The notes under the pieces are model-generated. The model had not been told where the DNA came from. It saw only the letters and a program-made list of their open reading frames with translations, and did not search any database. Position numbers and translations under genes: made by a program. This document shows, one piece after another, positions 37,757-50,071 of a stretch of DNA of 64,000 bases. The stretch is from Octopus sinensis (lineage: Eukaryota), in contig NC_042998.1 in assembly GCF_006345805.1 (NCBI RefSeq), positions 90,954,001-91,018,000 of the forward strand, read 5' to 3'. Position 1 is the stretch's first letter; every line of letters starts with the position of its first letter.

Positions 37757-40700
37757 TGTACACTAGCTGGCTTTGAAGATAACATTCACTTCAATTTGCA
37801 TTGTCTGTCACCATTATGATCATTATAGTTTTAATGTCCACTTTTCCAAGTTTGCATGGGTCAGATAGAAGCATTTTTTCTATGGCCTGTCACCTTTCTT
37901 ACTGCCAACCCTCGCTTATTTCTTAGCAATATAATATTTCACCATGACTTGAACATGTGCCCATGGAAGACTGGAAATGAACAACTCTACTTGGCACTCA
38001 TTTAAAACTGATTTATTTGGTCTAGTGTTAGCAAGGTTTTACAACTACAAAGTTTTCATCCAACCATTTATTAACACATATCCAGATTATTAGATGATGT
38101 ATAGAGTGAATTTCAGCAGGAAAAGAGTATTTCTCATTTTGATAATGTGCTAAAGGACAGAAAGAAAGAAAAAGAGATAAATTGTGGAATATTGCCACTA
38201 AAATCTCTCTAATTGCCGTCAAATTATGTTCATTTTTTTATCTTATGTCATGTCAGTACACTTTCATCCAATTATTTACTGCTTGATAATCTTAAAATAC
38301 ATTGAGGTAACAAGAAAATATATTCTAAAATCTACGTATACATGTAAATTTACACATTTATGTGAATCTGATTATTCCTTTTACAATTTTTTTGTTTTAG
38401 CAAAAATCTTTGTGTGTCTTGGATAATGTTCTAACAAAATAGATGTTTTAGTCTTCTTTCAATTATCTTTGTTTTGAATATATTTGAACAGTAAAAAAAT
38501 AATTGGCTTAAAGATGTTACTGGGTAAATAATAACATGTTAGTAAATGAAAACGATTTACTGAACAAATTGCAATAGAAATCTATACTCAGCAAAAGAAA
38601 GTATTGTAAGAATCCTAAAATAAAAATAGTCGATGGTATAAAAGAGTGTTTTAGCCATAACGATTGTATTAATTTTCATTAAAGTAAACTCTGAATTTTT
38701 AGTTATTAGCATTTTCATTTAACATCACTTCTTACAATCGTTTTTGATACTTGCAAATTACAAGCATGGTCTAGGATTGAGTCTTCGACTTGATATTGTT
38801 ATCAGTTTGATGTAATTTCATGTTATTTACATCTTATAATGATTCTGCTTGTCATTGTGTAACTTAGTCCGTTGGTAATGCTTTCACTTGATTTAAGAAA
38901 AAGTGGGAGAGAGAAGCGTCCATGGCGTGAGGCAGAGGGAATGTAACTGTAATGCTTTCCCGTGATTAGTTGAAGGGAAAGAGAAGAAAAAGAGGATAAA
39001 ATGAAGAGTGAGACAGAAAGGAGAGAGAAGCGTCCGTGACGTCAGGTAGGGGGAACGTAATATTTATTACATAGTTAAAAAAAGTTGAAGGTAGAAGAGG
39101 AGAGTTAAAAATATAATTTTAGTAGAGGGGTGATGTTCTGATGGTGAAGGTAAAGAAAGGGAGAGAGAGATGATGGTGGTGGTGACTGGATAGTGAAAAG
39201 TGTATTTTTTAAAAAATTGAATGAAGTTTTTTTTTTACCTACCACTTAACGCATGTGCATAAGTGCAATTCCATGAAATAATCAAGATTATTTACGTGGC
39301 AGATGTATACAATTTAACTAAAGATTGTATCATATGTACGACGATATTATTATTATTTTTGCTTATGGGGAAAATGGAAAAATAAGAATGAATAAATATT
39401 TTATGAGTGTGTGTATTAAGTCTATAAAATTGGGCATAAAGTAGACAAAGTGGATTAAGTAATCATCGTATTCCAATTTCGTTCACTTTTCAATGAGAAG
39501 CAGATGAGTGACTATCTTTCCATACAGACACAACACAGGCTACACTTTCAGGATTTTTTGGATAAAGCTTTTAGAAATAACCCAATAGGTTTACTATTAA
39601 TTCCGTAAAACATTCACGGGTCCCACTAGTCACTAATATTTTCAAGAAAGGCATGAATGTTACAGATTCCTTTTCTCCTCTCATATAAATCTCAGTCTGT
39701 TTCTTATTTAAAACTTCACATAAAGTGGACTGCAAAGTTCAAGTAGTCGTTGAAATTTATTAGTTCTATCCAAAAAGAAAACCGGACTTTTAAAGCAGTG
39801 CGTTAATCAACTAGTACAACATACTTGCGATTGCATGGCATTTACAAGTGACCTTGAACTTCAGTTTAATAACATCAACGTCGGTTAGTCATCATGCACG
39901 TATTTGCCACAAGTTAAAAAAAAAACAAAGAATTTCATGTTTATGTGAAATTCTGTTTCAGATTGGGAAAATGTTAAACTGGCCTATGGCTCTTCCTAAT
40001 TCTTTGTTTTTTTTTTAAGCCGTACATAATGTTTTGAGTGGCAGCAGCCTTTTAATTCCGAAGAACATCCGCTAAAAGTGATCCCAAATGTAGACGACTT
40101 TCCTCGACAAGGGATGACAATCATGTTGCGAAAGTATTTGTTGTGATCTGTGAAAATCGTCTCCTGATAGACCATAAAGCAGACATCTGTATAAGTTTGT
40201 GATTTTTATAGAAAAATTGAAGAAGCACCTTATTCCCACAAAACTTGTGTCGTGATTGACAGATAGATGGAAAAAGAATCGACTCACAGTCAGTTAGTCG
40301 AGCAGGTTGCTGATAAAACTTTCTGAAAAGTGTCATGACGTGACAACAAGTGACTGTGTGGTTAACGATGTCGAAATAAAAATTCAGTTTCGATAGGTTG
40401 GACCATCAACAACATCACTGCAAACAAAAATGCACCTCAGCTATTTTGGTTCACTGTGTAGGGAGACTCATTTCATAATTGCATGTTTTAGACTTAAATA
40501 GTCTTAAAAAAAAAAGGCTCCACGCATAAGTCTCTAATGATTAATCATAGGACCGGTCATGTGACGTTGGAATACTCGATTGAGTCAAGCATTTGGATTG
40601 GTCTACTTTTACACAGGATGCAGAGCTCGTATCCAATCGCATTGCGCAATAGACCACCAAAGGCGGCAAATTAAAAATGCTTGTTTGAGCCTCTTTCTGT

Positions 40701-41319
40701 TAATAAGTAGCATGATGTTTTTCATTTTAAGCAGAGGAGAGAGGTTTTCAGAAAGCTATGTCACATTATTTTTGTTGATGAAGCACATGAAACCAAGTTC
40801 AATTGAGTTGAAAAACCAACTACAGACAGCATTCTTCGTGATGTATTAATCTAGTTCGCTGTATAATTTTATTTAATGGGAGAATAAAGTGTCGTTATTA
40901 ATTGAAAGCTCACCGTTTTATACACAACTCATGAGAAGTAAGAAGTTGTAATAAAAGATCCGGAGACACCTCCTTCCAGCTAAAATTGTCATTTTAATAA
41001 AATCCGAGGAAGAGAAAGAAAGATGTTTGTATATCTTGCTTAATTCCATTAATGAAATTAGTAACTTTATGAAAATGTGAGGAATTATGAAGCTAAGTCA
41101 TTTGTATATGTTACTCAAATGGCTAGATGGGCATCGTTTATCATTAACTTGTTCTTGTGATTAAACATTGTGAGATGTTTTTAGAGACACAAAGCGAAGG
41201 CAAAGGCCAGATGCATGGACAAACAAAATTTGTGCTACAAGGCACCGGCTCAAGTGTTACTTTTTATCTGTGACTGTTTTTTTTATTTGTTTTTTTTTTG
41301 GCAAAGCAGAATATAACAC

Positions 41320-41630
41320 TCGTTCCCCGGCAGCCCTACAATCTGAATTTGGTTCCTGTTGACGTTTTTGTCCCCAAAGTTGAAAACCACCAAGAAAGAT
41401 CACCGATTTAAGATGACAGAAGTGATCGAAAAAAATTCATTATGAAGTCTTCGCAGTATCCATGAAAACGTGTCCCAAGAAGTGTTCCCAAACTGGTAAA
41501 AATGCTGGGAGTAGCGTTTCAACAATGGAAGAGAGTATTCTGAAGGAGACAAATCTAATTAAATTGTAAATAAAGCAATAAATTTGCTTTTTTTTTTAAA
41601 TAAAGGAGTTCCGTTTCCTTTTGGACCGAT
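41320..41630 (+). mobile_element. Degraded mariner/Tc1 3' fragment
   Basis: PYNLNLVPVDVF..PKLKTTKKDHRFKMTEVIEKNS...W*KCWE...GREYSEGD resembles the DD34D C-terminus (PYSPDLAP.DF.LFPKLK...GEYFEGD). Confidence 0.65.
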
Positions 41631-42853
41631 ATCAAGTTTAACGGTCTGTGTATTTCATCTGACTTTGGAATTCACCCATTGTCATATAATAAATTCAGAG
41701 AGGAAACGGGGAAAATGTTTAATTCTAATTATGGAACAAGGAACCTCATGGCATAGTAATTAATAAATTATGAAGCTAAGTAATTTGTATATGATTAAAT
41801 CATATTTTGATTTGTTTTGATGTACTTTTTCTCCCGACAGATTTACAAAAATCTAGTTCCATGCTATTATCTCGGGAATAAAGTGACATTGCCAACAGAA
41901 ATCAATAGCTGGCGCAGAATTCGGTTGAAGTTACAGGACAGTAATCATAATATCCACCTACATTTTACTGTGATATGTGTAACGATAAAGTTTTTAGTTG
42001 AAGTCGAGGGTCACCAATTGTAACGGTTAGGTTTTAACCAGTGTAGTTACCAATTGTAACGGGTAAGATTGATTAGGTACACAATAATAAGAAATGTAGG
42101 AGTCAGCAGTTGTAACAAGAATTTGTTGTTATAACGACGTTGCAGGATATGAAAGATGAACAATGCATGAAGTTTTAAGGAAATATTTATTTACCGTTAC
42201 GTTACAATACCTTGCCTCGACGGCAGGTTATGATAAATCCAAAAGCTTGCGAAGTAAAGTTTGTGTTTGTATCCTCTTCATTGTTTAGTAGTAATTTCAG
42301 AAAGAGATAGAATGATGTTGTAAGTGAACAGAATTAGAGCTAGTGAGAGTTGTAGGTTTGTGGGATTTTGTCTCACAGTTCTTGACAGTAAACTTCATTT
42401 CTCCCTCTGACCAAGGTTGTAGCTGGTCAGCCAGACTTCGTTCTCACTGAGTTATCACTGAAGTGACTGAACTCGTTGAGTCATCACCGAAGTGACTAAC
42501 TGATTTTTGCTTGAGGTGTCCTTCCTTTTATAACTATCCAGAAGGATAGACATATAATTGAGAACAATAGATTTAGTTGGTAGTCTTGTTATCTCTATTC
42601 TAGCTTTTGGTGAAGTAGAAGAGGTTAGAAAGGATTCAAGCGGTGAAGACATTATTTCGGCCTAATCTTCGGCGCTTGGGCTCTGTTTTGTCCACTACTC
42701 TGATTGGTTGGTATTGGCGCAATTTGTTTCTTGCTGTATTACGCGCCACTGTGAAAACCAACCAATCGCAACCTTCTGATATCAAGTTTAACGGTCTGTG
42801 TATTTCATCTGACTTTGGAATTCACCCATTGTCATATAATAAAATCAGAGAGG
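41627..42853. repeat. 77-bp direct repeat (41627-41703 / 42777-42853); second copy abuts a 118-bp fragment (42661-42778) of the 45148 LTR
   Basis: gatatcaagtttaacggtctgtg...cagagagg occurs twice (1 mismatch); 42661-42778 nearly identical to ~45223-45342. Confidence 0.9.
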
Positions 42854-43094
42854 CAATCTAGCAAATGTAAAACTGCTGTCAAAGAAAAGCCATTGTTCCA
42901 CCATGGGAAAAGTTCTGTTGAACTGTTAATTTAAATTTGGCTATGGTGGATGTGGATCGAATCCACTTCATGCTTGCAAGATTCACTACATATATATATA
43001 TGTCAGTTATTTAATACAAGAAAACAATTTAATGTAGGTTTGCTTCTGTCATCGTGTAAACCAAAGAAATAATGCTGTTTACAAATGTTGATTT

Positions 43095-43240
43095 CAAACA
43101 TTAATCCACAAAATTTCAAGCATCTTCTAAACGCGGAAATTCTTGAATGGATTACTTCTCCATTTGAAGTTAAAGTGGAAAGCACAAATTGAAACACATT
43201 TCTTAAAGAAGGATCTATTGAATTTACTTTCGCTCATTGA
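43095..43240 (+). pseudogene. Possible hAT transposase C-terminal remnant
   Basis: FKHLLNAEILEWITSPFEVKVEST*..FLKEGSIEF resembles the W(I/V)xxPF...L.EELIEL region of Buster/GTF2IRD2-like proteins. Confidence 0.35.
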
Positions 43241-43301
43241 ATCGATACCCATATTTACATGGAATTAGATTAACGTAAAACTGTACCAAAATATCCCAAG
43301 G

Positions 43302-43444
43302 CAGGGCCGGTACTAGGGTTGCTAGCACCCGTACAAGTATTATCTTTAAAAACTTTCACAAGGAGAAAAACTGAAAATGTGGGCTAAAAAGTACATGGTG
43401 CCTCGGACGATTGCCCGAGTTGCCTGTACCTTGAGCCGGCCCTG
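43302..43444. mobile_element. 143-bp hAT MITE
   Basis: TIR cagggccgg / ccggccctg; exact 8-bp TSD TCCCAAGG at 43294-43301 and 43445-43452. Confidence 0.92.
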
Positions 43445-43599
43445 TCCCAAGGTTTGTGCAACTGTTGAACCCATTTTACACGCTTTTCCAAGCTGGTATA
43501 TAGTGAAATTTGAGTATAGTCATAAGCCATAAGCATTGTTTACAAAGCAAACTAAGAAGCACTTCGAAAAGAACATAGTGCTTTGTGGCATCCTGCAAC

Positions 43600-44712
43600 C
43601 AGGGCCGGCTCAAGGTACCGGCAACTCGGGTAGTCGCCCGGGGCATCATGTGCTACGGAGCGTCAAGGAGGGGGTGACAAAGACAAGGAAATTTCCACGA
43701 CCGTCAGATTGTACACCCGAACTTCAGCTTGTCCGGGGCGCGAAATTTTTTTCCCACGAGAGTTCCGGACCCCAGTAAAGTACTCATATGCATACAGCCA
43801 ATCAGTGCTCACCTTCAACTTGTCAAGTTAACAAATGTTGGCATTTAAAATGGCGACCTCCGATTACCATGGGAATCTTGTATTGTGTTCTAATTCAGAT
43901 GCCAATATCATCGATACTGAATACAAATGCTTGTTAGCGGTAGGTTTGAATTACTATAGCACTCAAAGATAATGTTTTGGACGAATATGTAAGTACGGAA
44001 ACTGTTTGAATGTTTTATAAATACCCTGTTGTCAATATTCTGAAAATAGCACTCCGCCGAGGTCGACTTGACCTTTTATCCTTTCGAGGTCGATAAATTT
44101 AAGTACCAGTTGCGTACTGGGTCGATCTAATCGATTGGTCCCCTCCCCCAAAATTTCGGGCCTTGTGCCTTGAGTAGAAAAGAATATTTGTAAACACGTG
44201 TTATGTTTCCGGTAATTTTATTTTATGTTCATAAATCTTATTTAGCTGTAATTTTTAGCACACTTTACAACCACCAGTATTTAATGCAAATACGATAAAT
44301 AACACGTTACAATTTTTAACAGAAAGATTTAGAAGAATTAGATGAAAGTTCTCCGGTAATTTTCTTTCATGTAAATAAATGTTCATATTAATTTGGAAGA
44401 GCGAAATGTTGGCAATAAACTTTAATTTAAAAGATTTATAAAAAAAATCTTATTTAGCTGTTATTTTTAGCACACCTCGCAACCATCTCAATGCTCAATG
44501 ACAAAAAAAAATAACCTAGACGGAGAAATTGCTGTCTGCCAGTAGAGAGGGAAAGAGTAAAGAATACACGGTGCTGACTAGAAAGGAAGAAAAGATAAAG
44601 GTGGCTCTGCTCTGATTGGCTATATGCAAATGAGTTCGTTACTGCGGGTCTGGAACTCTCGTCGGAAAAAAATTTTGCACTCGGGGCGCCAGCAACCCTA
44701 TCGCGGGCCCTG
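43600..44712. mobile_element. 1113-bp non-autonomous hAT element of the same family, opposite orientation, with nested SINE D (~44045-44187)
   Basis: Ends cagggccggc / gcgggccctg; exact 8-bp TSD CCTGCAAC at 43592-43599 and 44713-44720; both ends homologous to the 43302 MITE. Confidence 0.9.
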
Positions 44713-45147
44713 CCTGCAACTTAATATTCATGATCTCCGTACCCATCAAGCCTATCCTTTACACTAAAAAAAATAACACAAGCATTAGAGGTGTGTTTGC
44801 ATTGAACTGGCAAAATCGTTACAACGTCGGAAAAATAGGAGTCAAACTGAAATCCTGTCGATGTCAACTTTGCCTTTCAGTTTTTCAGAGTGGATAAGAT
44901 AAAGTACCAATCAACTCCTTAGTCGATGGTATCGATCAATCACTTTCCCTCAAAACTACTAGCCTTGTTTCTAAATTACAAACATTTATAGTTTACTAAT
45001 TCTTTTTTCATGTAAATTGTTTTTCTCGTGTAAAATAAATTTGTTTACATTCTGTTAAGTTGTTTGGGGTGGAATGAAAATGAAATTTTGTTACAAGGAG
45101 TTTATCAAATAAAAAGTTAGAGAAGGCTTGATCTAGTATGTTCAAGT

Positions 45148-46082
45148 TGTAGCGTACCCTTAGTGAAATTCATCCTCTCTCTCTGACATATATAACATAA
45201 ATACGGACGTAGCAGATAACAGCTAATCTTCGGCGCTTGGGCTCTGTTTTGTCCACTACTCTGATTGGTTGGTATTGGCGCAATTTGTTTCTTGCTGTAT
45301 TACGTGCCACTGTACAAACCAACCAATCGCAACCTTCTGATAAGGTCCCGTGACGCAGACGTCTAAATTCTCTGCTGGAGCCTTTAATTTGCTATAAAAC
45401 ACAGCGATTCATTGAATCGAGCGTCTTTGGTTCTAGTCCTTCTAAGGACTAACCTCTGACCACAGAGCACCCAGCGACATGACACCACCGCAACATTCCG
45501 GACCTCCATCACCGTCGCCTTCAATCTTAACGACGCCTCCATCTTAATGACGCCAACAGCAACTTCGTCCCGGTTTAACTTCTCACTGTTTGTAAATACT
45601 TCACCATGGTTAACAGTAAGCTTAACCTGCGAGTATCTTCTGTAACCCGGCACAGCATAGCAGCCACAACCGCTTACACGACATGTGTTCAACCGGCTCT
45701 GCCTTGTGACCTCAACATCTTGTACAGAACTACAACTATTGTCAAACTTACTACGAACTGGTATTTATCTTCAACTTGTGTCTGAACTTCTTCTAGCGTC
45801 CTGTCATAGACTTTCTATTGCTCTATATTTTATCTCACACGCATACACCCTTGTTTGTACACACACATACACATTATGTATGCATGACGTACACACACTC
45901 TGCTACCCACATGTTAACATCTAAATAAAACCTTTCTCTTACATTCTCTGGTTGTGTCGTTTTCTTATTCCTTCTGCCACTCTTATTCATTTATCCATAT
46001 TTTGACTTTTATTGTAATACGACCGTGCGGTGTTAAAAGAGTCATTCACTCGTCACCTCTCCTTTCGCACGGTCGTTCTACA
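45148..46082 (+). mobile_element. Solo LTR (935 bp), Ty3/Gypsy-like
   Basis: TG...CA termini; 4-bp TSD AAGT at 45144-45147 and 46083-46086; internal AATAAA near 45925. Confidence 0.8.
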
Positions 46083-47374
46083 AAGTCATTGAGATTTAAC
46101 TTTTCTCTGATCTTAATAACTTTCTGATAGTCAAATAACAAGAATAGATATGTTGGTTTCAGAACTTAACGTTATATCATCTTATTCAATCATCAACAAT
46201 CTTATGATGCTTTATCGTTACATTTGGTTACAACCCGACGTTATTATTTTATCAGCATATCTTTGTTATTATTGATGAGACCAACATTTTTCTACGTTAC
46301 TGAGTAATTCTAGATCGGAAGGGTAGTGCTTATAGCATTCGAAAACAAATTTTGAGCAAATGAGTAGAGAAAAATAGGATGTTTTTGTTATTTTGGTGTC
46401 GAAATATTTCTTTATTTTTGAAGAGTGAAATAAAATTATTTGAACAAGTGAGGAACATTTATTTGGAGAGGTGTACACTAGGAAACAAACATGGAATATT
46501 TTTTGTAATACGAAATGCATCAGGTTGTGGGTTGTTCTTAAATATTTCACGGCGGTTTGTTTTCCACAAGGCAATCCCAAAGACATTCTTTGGCAATAGA
46601 ATAGTTAATGAGCTATCGTTTTCCATAGAATTATTTCTGTACTTTGATATAAGATGAAACATTTGTACATGTTTATCGCTCATTATATCCTTACCCTCTT
46701 CTCTCGATTAAATTTTTCTATTTTCGCTATTTACGTATTCTCATTCTCCTGTCTCTGTTTCCAAGCGTGTATTCGTCTTTCTGGTTATTTTTAGTTCTTC
46801 AGGTGTATCAGGTGTCGATTTGTTGTTACCAAATTAAATTGTTTGGAAGAAAAACCTGCCAAAACAGTCCTATCGATTAATAATGAGGAACTCTTGCAGT
46901 TTTTACATCTTGTTCACTAAACGAAGCTAATATTGGACACTCATTAAGCGTTAAGGTATTTTTTTAATAATATCATTCATGTTGATGTTGCAAAAGTATA
47001 TTTTCCTCTTGATCATTCACAAAACACCGTTTCTTTCTCTTCTATTTCCACCTCTATTGCTTATATTTATGAAGTTACATATAAGCACGCTTCTATTTTC
47101 AATAAATGAATTTATAAGCCAATTGTTAGATCTGCAAGAACTGGAAGTCATATCTCTTCCAGATCATATCATATAAGAGAACGAAGAGCATATTTGGATA
47201 ACATAGTCCTATAATATACACCATACCAGACAAAAACGACGAAATGATCACGGTTGAAACGACCAGTATCTCATAAAAGAGGGGATGATGTGGTCTGCCC
47301 CTGGCGACGCTTTTATGGGGTGGCACTTTTGGGTTTACTGAGTAAAATTGAACAGGTTTATGCGCCTTAATGAA

Positions 47375-47880
47375 GGCGCGTGGCTTAGTGGTTAGGGTAT
47401 TCGACTCACTGTTGTTGTTATATATATATAATGTATTGAGTATTAAAGGAAGTAGTGAGTACTTAGTATGAAAGATTAAGAAAATGAGAGAGACTGAAAA
47501 AACGTGTTAACGATACGAGATACTTTATTAGACTGCCGTTGTTGTACAAGGTATTTGTTGTGGCGGGAAACTTACTGAATGTCCTTGTATCAAGGGAGAC
47601 AATGGGCAACGTTGATTGTTCATGTTTGTGGTGATGAATACATAACACTCACGATCGTAATGACGTGAATTCGATTCCCAGTGGTATGTTGTGTCCTTGA
47701 GCATGACACTTTATTTCACGTTGTTCTAGTCCACTCAGCAAATAAAAAATGAGTAGAACCTGCATTTCAAAGAGCCAGCCTTGTCACATTCTGTGTTACG
47801 TTGAATCTCCCACTCCACGAGCAGACTGTTCCGTTGATCAAATCAACCAGAATACTCATCGGCAGAACGCCAGTTAGTTA
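47375..47880 (+). mobile_element. tRNA-derived SINE family C, split by a solo LTR
   Basis: gcgtggcttagtggttagggtattcgactcac|gatcgtaa...gttcgattccc head (A and B boxes); other copies at ~5757, 28590, 48050, 50990 (-). Confidence 0.75.
47410..47647. mobile_element. 238-bp solo LTR, BEL/Pao-like
   Basis: TGTT...AACA termini with exact 5-bp TSD CTCAC (47405-47409 / 47648-47652) interrupting a SINE head. Confidence 0.75.
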
Positions 47881-48358
47881 TACGCCACAAGGTGGGAAGG
47901 AACTGAAGGGCTACCCTGGGCGTCACACACTCTAGCTACACTACTGGAAACGACAGTAACTGAACAACAGTGACAGCAGCCAATAATCTTACTATTCGAG
48001 GAGGCAGGCTTATCAAAATAACCAATATTTTATGCCCCTGTTATCTGAAGGTGCATGGCCCAGTGGTTAGGGAATTAAGATCCCGATCATGAGGTGGTAA
48101 GTTCGGTTCTTAGAAAGTGCAGTGCGTTGTGTCTTGAGTAAGACACTTAATTTTGCGTTGCTACAGTACGCTCGTAAATTTGAGTACCAGCCTAGTGTTG
48201 GTACAGCCCTCACTAACTCTAGATGTCGTATTTTTAATGTTCCTGTGGGTCTCGGACTTCCTGTGTGAAGTCCAAAAGAGTACCCGTGTTTGTTTGTGAC
48301 TACAAAGGTACCTAAGACGATTGGCAAAAGCATGAGGCTTGCTACTCAGCCATACTTG

Positions 48359-49369
48359 TGTAAATGACTGTGCGATATGAGGTGAGGGGAATGGTTATTT
48401 AGTACCACATCATACGGCCGTTACAATAAAGAGAAACTGGATGGAACAAATATATGCCAGAGAGAGAAAGACACAACCGCGTAGAGTAATTAAGAGAACG
48501 TTTGTTGATATGTTAACATGTGGGTCTGTGTGTGCGTCATGTATGCAAAATGACAGACATGCCGTCATGAGAAGAAAGTGTATGTGTGTATGTAGACATA
48601 GATGTATGCGCGTATTAAGAACATGTAAGGATCGCGATATGAAAGTGAAAGAGTCTATAGCCATCGAAGTGAGAAGTAAGTTCATAGACACAAGAAAGAT
48701 AATACCAGCTCGTAGTTAATAGTACACGGTAGTTGGAATACTGTATCAAGAAGTCTGTATTATGATGCGGAGCCGGTTACAGATACATGACGTACGTGAA
48801 GTCGTGGCTGTGATGCTGCTGCCTGGGTCACTTGTACAGGAGTTCATACAGGTTGTATACTCGCTGTTGATCCGTGGTGTAGTAATTCACGAACAGTGAA
48901 CTGTTGGAACCTAGGTGAGTCGCTTGCTGTGTACTTAGAGAGATGGCGGTGACGACGAAGACGGGGGTTGCAGTAATGCTATTGGACAAAGTTGGTAAGT
49001 CCCAACGTAGCAGCTGTGGTGGTAGTGGTGGTGTTTTCTGGCGTTGTCACTGGAACTGGTTGTGTCTTTTTGGTCAGTGGCTAGACCCTAAGGTCTGGAA
49101 CCAAAGACTTCAGGACGAGGAAAAGCTGTAGGCTAAAGTAGAGTTGTAAACAGGCTGTCCCGCGTAATCCTATTTAGAGCCTCCGACTGGTTATACACGG
49201 CAAGTTGGCGTGACAGAGTAAGAGACAAATTGCGCCAATACCAACCAATCAGAGTGGTGGACACAAAATGGTCCAAATAGCAACCAAAGGCTAGCTGTTC
49301 CCTGCTACGTTCGAATGCACGTATATATAATAAATGGGAGAGAGGAATTTCACCAGAGTCTACGTTATA
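48359..49369 (-). mobile_element. Diverged solo LTR (~1011 bp) related to the 45148 LTR
   Basis: Shared blocks (ccac(c/t)actctgattggttggtattggcgcaatttg; cccacatgttaacat; tcgcac(a/g)gtc...aca); TSD CTTG/CTCG with one mismatch; 5' TG appears mutated to TA. Confidence 0.7.
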
Positions 49370-49762
49370 CTCGCTTACGAGTGACGACTGTTGTGTTTTT
49401 TTCTATACTTCTACTATGACGACTTTTACTCTTCAGAATATTCAGGTTGTATACCATCTTCCCTACAAACCCTTCTTCATATCTTACCGCCTCCATTGCA
49501 TGTCTCTCTCCTTAAACTCCGTTCCTTACATTAAATCAGTTAGTTAAGTAAATACTGCAATATAGTATGCCATGTCATCTTATGTGTTCTCATCATGTGT
49601 CGACATCTAATTCAATGTTAATCGCATCATGCCTTCCCTGGGATAATGAAGCATATTTCCTTCATCAACAGATTTGTACAGGAATCAACGAGGAAGCTTG
49701 TACGTGGTTACTCGACCTGCTAGAAACAGATGCTAAGTCTCATTCAAATTTCACCCTACTAT

Positions 49763-50071
49763 CAGTGGCATAGTTAGCAGGGGAATAACGGGAGCGATCG
49801 CTTCCCACGAGCCCATTTTTCATAATTGGTGCCTTTTCAACAATTTTTTAAAAACTCATTAGTTAGCTGTATCAGTATTTGTAAGTATGACACATAATGA
49901 CATTGTTACTGAAACACAAACTAATGAATGTAGAATTCAATTACGTATATTATAACTAATTAAATATTTTTCGTAATATAAGAGAAATGAGTAAAAAATT
50001 GTTTGGTATGTCACGGCGCCTTCTTTTTATGTGCTCGCTCCCACCAAATGTAGACCCTGGCTGCGCCTCTA
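49763..50071. mobile_element. ~309-bp older hAT-like MITE
   Basis: Degenerate TIR cagtggcatag / ctgcgcctcta; 8-bp TSD CCTACTAT / CCTACCAT. Confidence 0.55.

Noticed and set aside
40072-40849. 70-90 aa ORFs as possible exons of a second gene
   Set aside because: No recognisable protein similarity or consistent splice-site chain.
42019-42205. tgtaacgg...ccgttacgttaca segment as a small LTR or MITE
   Set aside because: Ends are ambiguous and no clean TSD was found; cannot support a boundary call.
47375-47409. tRNA-like sequences with A/B boxes (also heads of SINE A and D)
   Set aside because: They are SINE heads continuing into repeat bodies; no complete cloverleaf, so no tRNA gene is called.
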